Shown: piece by piece, positions 48,805 through 62,311 of the stretch | Numbering within the stretch: position 1 is the stretch's first letter | Layout: each line of letters begins with the position of its first letter | Source: Chiloscyllium plagiosum | Lineage: Eukaryota | Length of the DNA: 63,246 bases | Reading direction: 5' to 3' | Assembly: GCF_004010195.1 (NCBI RefSeq) | Contig: NC_057720.1 | Span: forward strand, 34,067,016-34,130,261 | Translations under genes and position numbers: made by a program | The notes under the pieces: generated by a model | What the model was told of the DNA's origin: nothing | Databases searched by the model: none | Seen by the model: the letters and a program-made list of their open reading frames with translations, nothing else

Positions 48805-51600
48805 GAGGCATAGAGATGCGCAGCACGGAAATAGACCCTTCGGTTCAACTCATCCATGCAGTCCAGATATCCCAATCCAATCTAGTCCCGTTTGCCAGCA
48901 CCTGGCCCATATCCCTCGAAACCCTTCGTATGCCTTTTAAATGTTGCAATTGTACCAGCCTCCACCACTACTTCTCGCAGCTCATTCCATAAATGTACCA
49001 CCCTCTGTGTGGAAAAAGTTGCCCCTTAGGTCACTTTTATATCTTTCTCCTCTCATCCTAAGCCTATGCCCTCTAGTTCTGGACTCTCCCACCCCAGAAA
49101 AAGACCTTGCCTATCCTATCCATAGCCTTATTATTTTATAAGCCTCTATAAGGTCACCCCTCAGCCTCCGCCTAAGCACTCAAGGGAAGACAGTCGCAGC
49201 CGATTCAACCTCTCCCTTTTGCTCAAATCCTCCAACCTTGCGCCATCCTTTTAAATCTTTTCTGATCCCTTTGAAGTTTCACAACATCCTTCTGATAGGA
49301 AGGAGACCAGAATTGCATGCAATATTCCAACAGTGGCCTCACCAATGTACAGCTGCAACATATGACCTCCCAACTCTTGTACTCAGTGCTCTTTCCAATA
49401 AAAGAAAGTATACCAAACACCGCTTTCACTATCCTATCTACCTGCATTCCATGGTCTCTTTGTTCAGCAACACTCCCTAGGACCTTACCTACTAAGATTT
49501 GCTTTCCCAAAATGCAGCACCTCACATTTATCTAAATTAAACTCCATCTGCCAGTCCTCAGCCCATTGACTCCTCTGATCAAGATCCTGTTGTAATCTGA
49601 GGTAACCTTCTTCACTGCACCTCCAATTTTGGTGTCATCTGCAAAACTACTAATTTTACCTCCAATGTTCACACCCAAATCGCTTATATAAATGATGAAA
49701 AGCAATGGATCCAGCACCGATCCTTGTGGCACTCCACTGGTCACAGGCCTCCAGTCTGAAAAGCAACCCTTGACTACCCCATGACTTTTACCTTTGAACC
49801 AGTTCTGTATCCAAATGGCTAGTTCTCACTGTTTTCCAAGATCTAAACTTGCTAACCAGTCTCTAATGCAGAACCTTGTCGAATGCCTCACTGAAGTCAT
49901 TATAGATCACGTCTACCACTCTCCTCTCATCAGTCCTCTTTGTTACTACTTCAAAAAACTCAAATCAAGTTTGAGAGACATGATGCCACTAACAAAGCCA
50001 TGTTGACTATTCCTAATCAGTCCTTGCCTTTCCAAATACATATTAATCCTGTCCCTCCAACAACTTGCCCACCACCAATGTCAGGCTCGCTGGTCTATAA
50101 TTCCTGGCTAGTCCTTACCATCTTTCTTAAATAGTGACACCATGTTAGCCAACCTCCAGTCTTGCAGCACCTCACCTGTGACTATTGATGATATAAATAT
50201 CTCAGCAAGGGGTCCAGCAATCACTTCCCTAGCTTCCCACAGAGTTCATGGGTTCACCTGATCAGGTGTTGGAGATTTATCCACCTGTTTGCATTTCAAG
50301 ACATTTAGCACTTGCTCCTCTGTATTATGGACATTTTTTAAAGATGTCACCATCTATTTTCCGATATTCTGTATCTTCCATGTCCTTTTCCACGGTAAAT
50401 ACTGATATAAAAATCTCGTTTAATATCTTGCCCCATCTCCTGCGGCTCTACACAAAGGCTGCCTCACTGAACTTTGAGGGGCTCCATTCTCCCCCTAGTT
50501 ACCCCATTGTCCTTAATGTATTTGTAAAAACCCTTTGGATTCTCCTTAACCCTATTTGCCAAAGCTATCTCCTGTCCCCTTTTTGCCTTCCAGATTTCCC
50601 TCTTCACTATATATTTACTGCCTTTATACTCTAAGGATTCACTCCATCTATCCTGTCTATACCTGACAAAAGCTTCCTTCTCTTTCTTAACCAAACCCTC
50701 AATTTCTTCAGTCATCCAGCATTCTCTCTGCCTACCAGGCTTTCACCGTAACAGGAATATACTGTCTCCGGATTCTCGTTGTCTCACTTTTGCAGGCTTC
50801 CCATTTTCCAACTGTCCTTTTACCTGTGAACATCTGCCCCCAATCAGCTCTCGAAAGCTCGAGACTAATACTGTCAAAATTAGCCTTTCTCCAATTTAGA
50901 ACTTCAACTTTTAGATCTGGTCTATCCTTTTCCATCACTATTTTAAATCTAGTAGAATTATGGTCACTGACACCTCAGTCACCTGCCCTGCCTTTTTTCC
51001 CCAAGAGTAGGTCAATATTTGCACCTTCTCTAGTAGGTATATCCACATACTGAATCAAAAATTTTCTTTTACATGCTTAACAAAATTCCCCTCCATCTAA
51101 ACCCTTAATATTATGGCAATCCCAGTCTTATGTTTGGAAAGTTTAAAATCCCCTACCATAACCACCCTATTATTCTTACAGATAACTGAGATCTCCTTAC
51201 AAATTTGATTCTCAATTTCCCTCTGACTATTTCTTATTTCTTATTTCTCAGTTCCACCCAAATAACTTCCAGGGATATCCTCCCTCAGTACAGCTGTAAT
51301 ACTATCCCTTATCAAAAACGACACTCCTCCTCTTGCCTCCCTTTCTGTCCTTCCTGCAGTATTTGTATCCTGGAACGTCAAGCTGCCAGTCCTGTCCATC
51401 CCTCAGCCACGTTTCTGTAATTATGATTTCCCAGCCCCATTCTTTGAACCCAGAGTTCATCTGCCTTCCCTGTTAGGCTCCTTGCATTCAAATAAATGCA
51501 GTTTTATATATCAATCCTACCTTGTTCTCTGCTTTGTCCCTGCCTGCCATGGCTGTTTGACTAGCTTTTTTTCTCAACGGTACCAATCTCCGATTGATCT
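48805..51600 (-). mobile_element. Long CR1 LINE remnant (endonuclease to 3' tail)
   Basis: Minus-strand ORFs TSGVPQGSVLDPLLFIIYISDL, SFADDTKIGG, KENPKGFYKYIK, LNWRKANFD; tail at ~48810. Confidence 0.9.
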
Positions 51601-51906
51601 CTCTCTTCAGTATCTAGAGATGTACAGCACAGAAACTGACCCTTTGGTCCAATTCGTCCATGCTGACCAGATATTCTAACCAAATCTAGTCCCATTTGCC
51701 AGCATTTGGCCCATATCCCTCTAAACCCTTCCTATTTCATGTACCCAACCAGATACTTTTTGAATGTTGTAATTGTACCAGCCTTCTCCACTTCCTCTGG
51801 CAGCTCATTCCATTACATGCGCCACTGTTTGAGTGAAAAAGTTACCTCTTGGGTCTCTCCTAAGACTTTTCCCCTCTCATCTTAAACCTGTGCCCTCTTG
51901 TTCTGG

Positions 51907-52108
51907 GAGAAAGTGAGGTCTGCAGATGCTGGAGGTCAGAGCTGAAAATGTGTTGCTGGAACAGCGCAGCAGGTCAGGCAGCATCCAGGGAACAGGAGAA
52001 TCGACGTTTTGGGTATAATCCTGAAGAAGGGCTTATGCCCGAAACGTCGATTCTCCTGTTCCCTAGATGCTACCTGACCTGCTGCGCTGTTCCAGTAACA
52101 CGTTTTCA
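51907..52108. mobile_element. Miniature fold-back Penelope insertion with 15-bp TSD, inside a minus-strand CR1 tail (51615-52165)
   Basis: GCCCTCTTGTTCTGG at 51892-51906 and 52109-52123. Arms ~51941-52018 and ~52034-52110 are reverse complements. Intact CTGAAGA..GAAAC core at 52021-52049. Confidence 0.85.
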
Positions 52109-53022
52109 GCCCTCTTGTTCTGGACTTTCCCAGTCTAGGGAAAAGGCCTTGTCTATTTATCCTAACTTCAAGTTTTTCTTTTATTGCATCCATAGATAAA
52201 CTGGAATCTTCCCATTTCTTTTGCTTAAGTTTCTGTAATGTAGTGATTTGGTGACGTTGTCAATCTGTTCATCAAACCTGTATCTACAGTATTATTGTAG
52301 ACAATTGACTTGTTGATGTTTGTGATTTGTTCTCATGTTTGTACTGATTAAAAGTGAAACTTGCCTCTCTCTGCCATTGTTAAAACCTTGATTGATGTTT
52401 TAACAAATACTTTTATTAATTAGACCAACTTTGTTTTTGATATTTTCTGAGGCAAGTCAATTGGAGTCAGAAATTACAGCCTTAGACATAGACATTAGAA
52501 GTAACTTCTGCTGGGGGAATATTAAATTTAATGTGATATACCCACCGAGTAAATAGTTACGTGTAGATTAGATGGAATTTTTTTTTTTCACTAATACCTT
52601 AGTGACTTGCATTAGAACAGGTCATTAAGGAGCAAGCATAGGTAGTTCAGTTGCTCAAACCACTTTGCCATTCAATAAGATCGTGGCCAATCTAATTATA
52701 ATCTCAAATTCACATTCCAGCTGATCCATAATAACCTTTCACCCTCTTGCTTAACAAGAATCCATCTACTTCTGGTTTAAAAACATTCAAGGGAGGTGAG
52801 CATACTTGCATTTATGGTTACTGAAGGGAGGGGTCATCAAGTAATACAGCACGGCAATGGCCCTTTGACCCACCCATCCATGCCAACCAGGTTGGTCACT
52901 TTTGCTATGTTTGGCCGGTATCCCTTTCAACCTTTTTTACCCATGTACCTGTTCAAATATGTTTTCAATGTTGTAACCGTACCTGTTTCCACCAACACTT
53001 CTGGCAACTTGTTCCATATATG

Positions 53023-54990
53023 ATAATACCTTGATAGGGTAAGGGAACCGTGGTTTACTACAGAAATTACATCTCTTGTTAAGTGGAAGAAGGAGGCTTA
53101 TGTGTTGATGAGACAAGATGATTCAGATGAGGTGATGGAGAGTTACAGATCAGCTAGGAAGGATTTAAAGAGAATTAAGAAGAGCAAAGAGAGGACACAA
53201 GCAGTCTTTAGTAAGTAGGATAAGGCTTTCTATTGGTATGTGAGGAATAAAAGGATGACTAGGGTAGGAATAGAGCCCGTCAAAGACAGAAGTGGGAAGT
53301 TGAGTGTGGACCCTGTGGAGGTTGGAGAGGTGCTAAACGGACATTTATTGGTTTTCACTCAGGAAAAGAAGAATATTGTAGAGGAGAAGAATGAGATATT
53401 AGACTAGAAAGGATCGAGGTTAGTTATGTAGAGGTGTTATCAATTCTAGAAGGAGTGAAAGTAGACAAGTCCCCTGGACTGGATGGGATTTATCCAAGGC
53501 TTCTCTGGGAAGCTAGGGAGGATATAGCAGAGCCTTTGGCTTTGATCCTTGAGTCGTCATTGTCTACAGGTTTAGTACCAGAAGATTGGAGGATTGCAAA
53601 TGTTGTGCCCTTGTTCAAGAAGGACAGTAGAGATGACCCACGTAATTATAGACCGGTGAGCCTTCATTCTGTTGTAGGAAAAATTTTGGAAAAAACTGAG
53701 AGGGAGGATTTGTAATTATCCAGCAAGTAACAACTTGATTGCAGATAGTCAACATGGTTTCATCAAGGGCAGGTCGTCTCTCAAACCTCATTGAGTTTTT
53801 TGAGAAAGTGACCAATCATGTAGATGTGGTAAGGGCAGTTGAAGCGGTATACATGGACTTCAGTAAAACCTTTGATAAGGTTCCACATGGTAAGATGTCG
53901 GAGAAAATGCAGAGGCATGGAATTGAGGGTGATTTAGCAGTTTGGATTAGAAACTGGCTTTCTGAAAGAAGGCAGCGAGTGGTGGTTGACGAAAAATATT
54001 CAGTCTGGAGTCCTGTTACTGGTGGTGTGCCACAAGGATCTGTTTTGGGACCACTGCTGTTCGTCATTTTTATAAATGCAGGCATAGATGGATAGATTTG
54101 TAAATTTATAAATGATACTAAAGTTGGTGGAGTAGTGGACAGTTTGGAAGAACTGGTTGCATGGGGACGTGGATAAACTGCAGGATTGGCTGAGAGGTGG
54201 CAAACGGAGTTCAATGCAGCTAAATGTGAGGTGATTCACTTTGGGAAGAATAACAGGAAGGCAGAGTACTGGGTCAATGGAAAGATTCTTGGTAGTGTGG
54301 ATGTGCAGAGGGATCTTGGAGTCCATGTACATAGATCCCTGAAAGTTGCCACCCAGGCGGATAGTGCTGTGAAGAAGGCATACGGTGTGCTAGGTTTTAT
54401 TGGTAGAGGGATTGAGTTCGAGCCGTAATGTCATGCTGCAACTATACAAAACGCTAGCATGCCCGCACTTGGAATATTGTGTACAGTTCTGATCGCCCCA
54501 TTACAGGAGGATGTGGAAGCATTGGAAAAGGTGCAGAGAAGATTTACCAGGATGTTGCCTGGTGTGGAGGGAAGGTCTTATGAGGAAAGGCTGAGAGACT
54601 TGGGTCTCTTCTTATTGGAAAGAAGAAGGCTGAGAGGATTTGAGAGAGACATACAAGATGATCAGAGGATTAGATAGAATAGACAGCGAAAGTCTTCTTC
54701 CTAGGATGATGATGTCAGCTTGTACGAGGGGGCATAACTGCAAATTGAGGGGTGATAAATTTAAGGCAGATGTCAGAGGCAGGTTCTTTACGCAGAGAGT
54801 GGTAAGGGTGTGGAATGCCCTACCTGCCAATGTAGTTATCTCAGCCACATTAGGGAGATTTAAACAATCCTTGGATAAGCACATGAATGATGATGGGATA
54901 GTGTAGGGGGGGACGAGCTGAGAATAGTTCACAGGTTGGTGCAACATCGAGGGCTGAAAGGCCTGTTCTGCGCTGTATTGTTCTATGTTC
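53023..54990 (+). mobile_element. CR1 LINE ORF2 fragment nested in a minus-strand CR1 tail (host ~52835-53022 and 54991-55110)
   Basis: KSPGLDGIYPRLL, DFSKTFDKVPHG, GVPQGSVLGPLLF; (TTCTATG)n tail. TATATG at 53017-53022 and 54991-54996. Confidence 0.9.
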
Positions 54991-55189
54991 TATATGCACC
55001 ACCCTCAATTTTAAAAAGTTGCCCTTCTGGTCACTTTTAAATCTTTTCTCTCACTTTAAACCTATGCCCTCAAGTTTTGGTCACTCCTACCCTGGGGAAA
55101 AGACCTTGCTTCCAATTCCCTTTTTTTCCAGGAAGAGCGTTCCAAAGATACTCTGTTTTCTGAAGTGATTTCCTCTTGTCTCTGTTTTA

Positions 55190-55633
55190 GGCACGGTGGC
55201 TCAGTGGTTAGCACTGCTGCCTCACAGCATCAGGGACCCAGGTTCAATTCCCACCTCGGGCATCTGTCTGTGTGGAGTTTGCACATTCTCCCCATGTCTG
55301 TGTGGGTTTCCTCCAGTACTCCGATTTCCTCCCACAGTCCAAAAGATGTGCAGGTGAATTGGCCATGCTAAATTAGCCGTAGTGTTAGGTGTATTCGTCA
55401 GGGGTAAATGTAGGGGAATGGGTCTGGGTTGGGTTTCCTCCGGTACTCCGATTTCCTCCCACAGTCCAAAAGATGTGCAGGTGAATTGGCCATGCTAAGT
55501 TAGCCGTAGTGTTAGGTGTATTCGTCAGGGGTAAATGTAGGGGAATGGGTCTGGGTTGGTTTCTCTTCGGAGGGTAGGTGTGGACTTGTTGGGCCGAAGG
55601 GCCTGTTTCCACACTGTAGGGAATCTAATCTAA
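55190..55633 (+). mobile_element. HE1/V-SINE with internal ~127-bp tandem duplication
   Basis: A/B boxes and (AATCT)n tail; 55304-55430 is repeated at 55431-55556. Confidence 0.9.
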
Positions 55634-56079
55634 ATGGGCGATCCCTATTTCTTGATTCTTTGTGTTCTCCACATCCTTGTCAAGACTGCTCTAGAATTTA
55701 TTGTTCTGGACACAAATCACTACTTGCTCTTCGAAACTCCAGACTTTGCTCACGAGAGAACTCTTTCATTTACGTATTGGTTGGTAAACCTTCTCAGAAT
55801 TGCTGCTAGTGCATTGACATCCTTCACTGGGGAGACCAATACACTGTGCAGTACTCCACTTGTGGGCTCAACACCTCTCTAACTTCAAATAATTGTTGGT
55901 CTTGCTAATGTTGATCTTCCTTTGTCTACCTCCTGTGCAGCCATAACCTTGTCTGCCTGTCACTGTCTAAGCACCCTATGGTCTGTATGTCCTTGTTTGC
56001 TTTAATCTGCCCATACTGCTTGCAAAACAAAGCTTTTCACTGTACTGAGGTATGTGACTACAATAAATCAAATCAAACA

Positions 56080-57590
56080 AGTGTCCTGTATAACTGAAGC
56101 ATAACTAAATTATTGTGTTGAAGTCCTCTTATAATCCTATAACCTTTTAGTAATTTAATTCTGTGCCCACATGCAATCTTTTGTGATTCAAGTATGAGGA
56201 TACCCAGATCTCTCTGCATTTGAGCCCTGTAATCTCTCAGCATTTAAATATTGCACTTTTTATTTTTCTTTGCAAATGGATAATTTCAAACTTTCCTGCA
56301 TTTTACTCCACTTGCCAGATCTTTGGCCCCATCATATAATCCAACCATATGTTTTTGTAACCCCCTTGTGTCGTCTTCACAACATACTTTTCTAGCTTTG
56401 TGCCATTAGACAATATGATAACCATACCTCCTGTGCTTTCTCAAATTATTTATGTAACTTGTAAACCGTTAAGATTCTAGCACCAAACCCTGTAGTACAA
56501 CAATTGTTACATTTTGCTAACCTGAAAAAAAAAGACTCATGCCTATTGATTTCCGTTGGTCAACCAAAATTCTAACCGTGCTAATATGCTGCCCTCTATA
56601 TGACTAACTTTTACTTTCTGTAATCATGTTTGATGTGGTACCTTATGCGTTCTGGTAATCTAAGAACAGGGGCATCCACCAGTTCCTAATTATCTACAGC
56701 ATGTTCTCTAAACAATTTCAGTGGATTTGTCAAAGCTAGTTTCCTTTACACAAAAGCAAGCCTGATTTCTTTGAACTAATGATCTAATGCCTGTTATAAT
56801 GTCTTTACAAAGTCATTGGGAGAATGCTATCTGCCAATGTAATAGGATCATCCCTGAATCAAGGGAACATTGGAAAACTACAGTCAATATCTCAGCTATT
56901 TCATTAGCCACTCTTAAGACCCTAAGATGAAGGCCATCAGGACCCAAGCACTTGTCAGCAATTTGCTCAGTACCACTTCTCTGGTAATTTTCCTGAATTC
57001 CTCCCCTCCTTTCCATTGCCTTATATTTTTGCTGCTCTGGGAATGAAGTTAGTATAGTACAGGCCCTTCTGCCCATGTCTGTGCTGACCATTCTAAACTA
57101 ATCCCATTTTGCATGCATCCCAGGGTCCCTCTCCTTCTATTCCCTGACTGTTCACATGTCTGTTGAAGTACCTCTAAAACATTGCTATTGCATCTGTTTC
57201 TACCACCCCCCTTGACGGGCACCTTCCACTTAACCTTTGTTTTACAAAAAATATGCCACGCCTGTCCTTTAAACATCACCCCAGCCCCCAATCTTATATT
57301 AAGAGTCTTAGTATTTTCAATTACCACCGTGGGGAAAAAGACTCAGTCTGTCCGCCCTGTGCATGTTTCTCATAACTTTATATACTTCTGTCAGGTAAAA
57401 CCCTCAGTGGTCTAACACTCTATAGCAAAACCAATCAAAGTTTGTCCAATCTGTCCTTATTGCTAATACATCCAATCCAGGGAGCAGCCTGGTAAACCTC
57501 CTTTGCACTCTTTCTCGTGTCGTGTCCTTCCTGTTTGGCGATCAGAATTGCACACAATACTTCAAATGTGGCTTAACCATAGTTGTTAGG
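56080..57590 (-). mobile_element. Degenerate CR1 fragments
   Basis: ORF DKCLGPDGLHLRVLRVANEIAEIL..FQCSLDSG; antisense tail at ~57050. Confidence 0.65.
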
Positions 57591-58545
57591 TGTAGACTCA
57601 TGCAAAATACTTGTTCCATTGCCATTTCCTTAGTTGAAGAATTAATAATACAAAATAACTTTCTATAAGATTAAAACTCATCTTGTTAAATTGTTTTCTT
57701 TTTAAATATTTATAGAAACTCTTATCTATTTTTATATTTCTGAATAATTTTCTCTCATGCTCTACTTTTTCATCCTTATTTTTAGTCATTCTTTGCTTTT
57801 ATATTCTGTCCATGCAATGACCTTCTTTACACAGTGACTGGCATTCACTGAAATTATGATTTTAGTCATGCACATCTGTGTTCTGAGATTTGTGAAATTT
57901 TTGCTAAAACTGACAAAAATACTTAAGTCAACATCTTGAATTAAATGCATACTTGGAACTAGATCACTGCACTTTCACTGGATCAAAAACGTGGAATTCT
58001 CTGCCTGACAAAATAGATTGTGTATGTCTACATTGTAGGGACTGCATGGTTGAAGAAGGCAGCTCACCATGTTTTCAGATCCAATTTAGGATGGATAATA
58101 AATGCTGGCTCTTGTTGATAGTGGGTTCCCACTCATTACACTTTATACTTTTGAAAAGAATAAGCTTCCCCTTCACCCTTTTGCAACTTTTGCCCAAAAC
58201 TGAAATCTAAGTCTTCTGGCCCTTAGAATAGCCGACTAGAACAGTTTTCAATACTTGCATGAATCTGTTGTCATCTTGTACGCTTTATATCTTAAATTTC
58301 CTTTCAATCCCCTTCACTCCAAACAGAACAACCCAACTGTAAATCTCACATCTTTGGAACCATTCTGGTAAATTTCTCTTTGCACCTGTTTAGAGACCCT
58401 TGTATCCTTTCTCAGCCATTGTAAACAGTTGTGGCCTAACAAAAGTTAGATTGTATGACATAGGAATTGAAGTAGGTTAGTCAGCTCATCCTGTCTGTTC
58501 CATCATTGAGTAAGATCATGGCTGATCTGATCATTCTCAACTCAG

Positions 58546-58985
58546 CAAGATGTTGCCTGGTATGGTAGGAAGATCGTATGAGGAAAGGCTGAGGCACTTG
58601 GGGCTGTTTTCATTGGAGAAAAGAAGGTTTAGGGGTGACTTGATAGAGGTGTACAAGATGATTAGGGGTTTAGATAGAGTTGACCATGAGAACTCTTTTC
58701 CACGTATGGAGTCAGCTATTACGAGGGGGCATAGCTTTAAATTAAGGGGTGGTAGGTAGAGGACAGATGTTAGGGGTAGATTCTTTACTCAGCGAGTCGT
58801 GAGTTCATGGAATGCCCTGCCAGTAGCAGTGGTGGACTCTCCCTCTTTATGGGCATTTAAACGGGCATTGGATAGGCATATGGAGGATAGTGGGCTTGTG
58901 TAGGTGAGGTGGGCTTGGATTGGCGCAACATCGAGGGCCAAAGGGCCTGTACTGCGCTGTATTTTTTATGTTTCTGTTTCTATGT
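58546..58985 (+). mobile_element. Young CR1 3' end nested in a minus-strand CR1
   Basis: MLPGMVGRSYEERLRHLGLFSLEKRRFRGDLIEVYKMIRG; near-identical to 62948-63246 in reverse. Confidence 0.9.
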
Positions 58986-59911
58986 AAGGCTTATCATCAT
59001 AGCGCTTAAATGCTATACTGATTGAAAAATCTATCTTGGCCTGAATACAATTAATGACCCAGCCTTAAACCCGCTGTGGTAAAGAATTCAGTGAATTCAG
59101 TGACCTGAGTGTGGAAAGAAAATCCTCATCATCCTTGTACTACATGGTTGAACCCTTACTCTGAGTGTGTTTATGGTCCGAGACTGTTCCATAAGTGAAA
59201 ACAACCTCTCAGCATCCACCCTATCAAGCCCCTTAAGACTCTTGTGTTTTAATAAGCTCATCTTTTTTCTTCTGAGCCCAACCTATACAATCTCTCCTCA
59301 CAAGAAAATCCCTGGGGTTAAGAGTGAATCTTCTCTGGACTGCCTCCAATGCTAGACAATCGTTCCTTAGAAAAGGGAACCGAAAATGTTCACAGCATAT
59401 TAGATATGGTCTGACTAATGCCTTTTATACTTGAGCAAGATGATTTTTATTCTCCACATCCTTTGGAATAAAGGCCAATAATTCACTTATTGTTCCTACT
59501 GTTGGCTTAACTTAGTATACTATCTTTTTGTAATTCATATTCAAGGGCTCTGAATCCCTCATGTGACCTCTTTCTGCAAGTTTCTCCATTTTAAATAATA
59601 TTCAGCCCTTTTATTCTTCTTACCCAAGTGGATAACTTCACATTTTCTCATTTATTTCATCTGCCAAATTTACGCTTACTCACTGAGCCTGTACACAGCT
59701 CTCTTCAGACTTTTATTCTCACCACTTATCCTCCTATCTATTTTTGTTTCACCTGCAAACTTGTCTGTAGTACATTCACTTTCTTCTTCAAGTCATTAAC
59801 ATATATTGTAATTAATTCTGTCCCTCCAGCACCTACTACTGTGACACTCCACTAGTTAAATTTCTATCCTGAAAATGCTCCACTTTCCCAATGTCAAATA
59901 TTACACTAACT

Positions 59912-60912
59912 TGTTACTGTTAGATCCCGTGCTGATATTGCATTATTTTTATTTTTTTTTAATCAATTTTGGTTTGGAGTTATGATCTGGGAATTGTGAA
60001 CTGAGGATGACTTGTGGACTTTGGGATAGCTTGTAGTAAAAGGGAAGGAACAAACCAAAAAATTGCTTGTTTGTAAGGCTAATTGGAGGCTAATCCTTGA
60101 TTAAAAGGTTTGCTGCAGACAGTGAGCCAGAGAAGACTATTGTGTTTAAACAGATAGCCAACTTCTACTATTAACGAGATCAGTATCTGGGAATTGGTTC
60201 TGGTAAGTTGGAAGAAACCTTATGTTCAAGCAGATGACAGATGTTGGATGGTAATTGAGGCCTCTGTGAGGGGGTTGGGAGGGAAGGATGTGTGTGGCGT
60301 GGGTGATGAAGACAATCAGTCTGTCACTCGGAAATGGAATTGAAGTTTTATTTTGAATGTTTTCTGGGGAGATGAGCTTGGCTGCTGACAACACAGCATG
60401 AAGATTTAACCGCTGTCTGCCTAATCTCCTGCACCAGCTGCCAGAAGCCGAAAGAGTAGAAAGTAGAAGGATTGTTATGTATACCTGAGTGAACTGAGAA
60501 GTGATGCTAATTGGCAGTTTTAGAAAAGTAACCAAGGAGTCCACATCTGTGCCTGTGAAGCAGTGCATCATGAAAGCCATTTAAGTAATTTGACCTGTTT
60601 TGCTGCTTTTATTTATTCCTTAGTTGCATTTGTTTGTCTATCTTGTGTGTAAATGGGGGCTGAAAACTCACTTGTTGGGATTAAAGCCGAGACATTAATT
60701 GATTACTGTTATTTAATTTTCTTCAAGTCTTTTTAAGGTACAAATACAGGACCTGGAAATTTATTCATTCACAAAGATTTGGGATTGGTTATTCAAATGT
60801 CAGGTGAGGTGCCATTAGTGATTGTTGGGGGTCTTTGTTTAATTTTACTGTGTTGTGAATAGAGAGGTCCAAAGGCTGATTTGGTTCGGCTGTCTGCCTT
60901 TGTGTGGTAACA
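59912..60912. mobile_element. Possible solo LTR interrupting an old minus-strand CR1
   Basis: TGTTAC...GTAACA termini about 1 kb apart, with CR1-like sequence on both sides. No clear TSD. Confidence 0.4.
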
Positions 60913-62311
60913 TTTCTGTTTTTGTTTCCCTCCATTTTTGCCAATGTAAAATGTTTAAATCAGTTTTCCAATTCTCTGGTATATCCAAGAATTTAGGGAT
61001 TTTTGGAAGAGTAGTACCAGTGCACGCATGATCTGTGTAGCTTCTTCCCTTAAAATCCTAGTGTTTAGCCCATCATGTCCAGTTGACATATCAGCCATTA
61101 ACCTGTTAATTTGTCAAGCACTTTTTCTCTAGTGGTAGTTATATTTATTTCCTCCCTCCTCTCTTTTGCTCCTTGACTATTTGGTGTTTTGGGAATACTT
61201 TAAGGGTTTTTTACATTTATAAAGATTCAGCATAACCACTCTCATTTTGTACTCAACAACTCTGTGTGAAACCCAAGAATCTGTAAGCTTTGCTAACTAT
61301 TTTCTTAATGAGTCCTCCATTTTCAAAGACTGGTTTGAAAATGAACCTCCCAAGGTCCCTCAGTTCTTGCACACAATTTATATTTACTCTACCTTCCTTT
61401 TGTGGAATTGCATCAGTTCGGCCTTGTCTGTATTAAATAGTCTGCCATTCTGCTTGCTTGTCCATTTGATGCTGTAGGTGATTCTTTTCACTGTCATTGT
61501 TTCTTATTCCTCTTCTGTTTTGTTACATCGGCAAATTTGAAATTCTCTTCTGTATTCCAAAAATGAATAATTTGAAAATAGGAAAGCACTGACCCTTTGT
61601 TTATCACAACTCTGACCTTTCATTACAACTTGTGCTTGTCCTGAAGTCGATTTTTATCCAGTTGGACCTTCTATTCCATTACAGTGCAAAAGTTGAACTT
61701 CATTTTTAATATTGTGACTTTTTTTTATTGGTGCTTTGGGAATTTGGTTGTTCAACCCCACTTATCATTCTGTGATAGTTGTTAATGAATTTCCTTTTGG
61801 ATATTTGGCAGAATTGTGAACTTGATTTTGAGTTTTAGCAGAACAGGCAGTTGAATATGAAGATTGGCAGAGTGTGCGAGTTATCTGCTCTGCCAAGTGT
61901 TAAAATGTAAATGGAATGTTTGTTTTCTGTCAACATAACAAGTGCTAATCAGTTGAGATGATTGCAGGCTGCTTCACAATTCAACTTTAGATACAATTGG
62001 ACCTCCATTACAATGAATAAAATTTCCTTGCCTCGTGAGCCTGCTGTGTCCGGTTAAAGCACATAGACCTACAATCGCCCTATTGTGTAAATCAACTGTC
62101 CCTGCTTTCCCTCTTCGGGCCCCACTGTAGTCCTGCCACTTCCTTTTTTTTCTACAAACAATCTCATGTGCATAAATTGCTAGAATATCCATCAGTGCAT
62201 TGGCTGGTACTAAGGAGTCTTTGCAGTTCTATCACAGGAGAAATAATTGGGGAATTTTCAAATAGAACAAACCTCCCTGATTTCTAATGCATCTGGATTT
62301 GCCACACAGCT

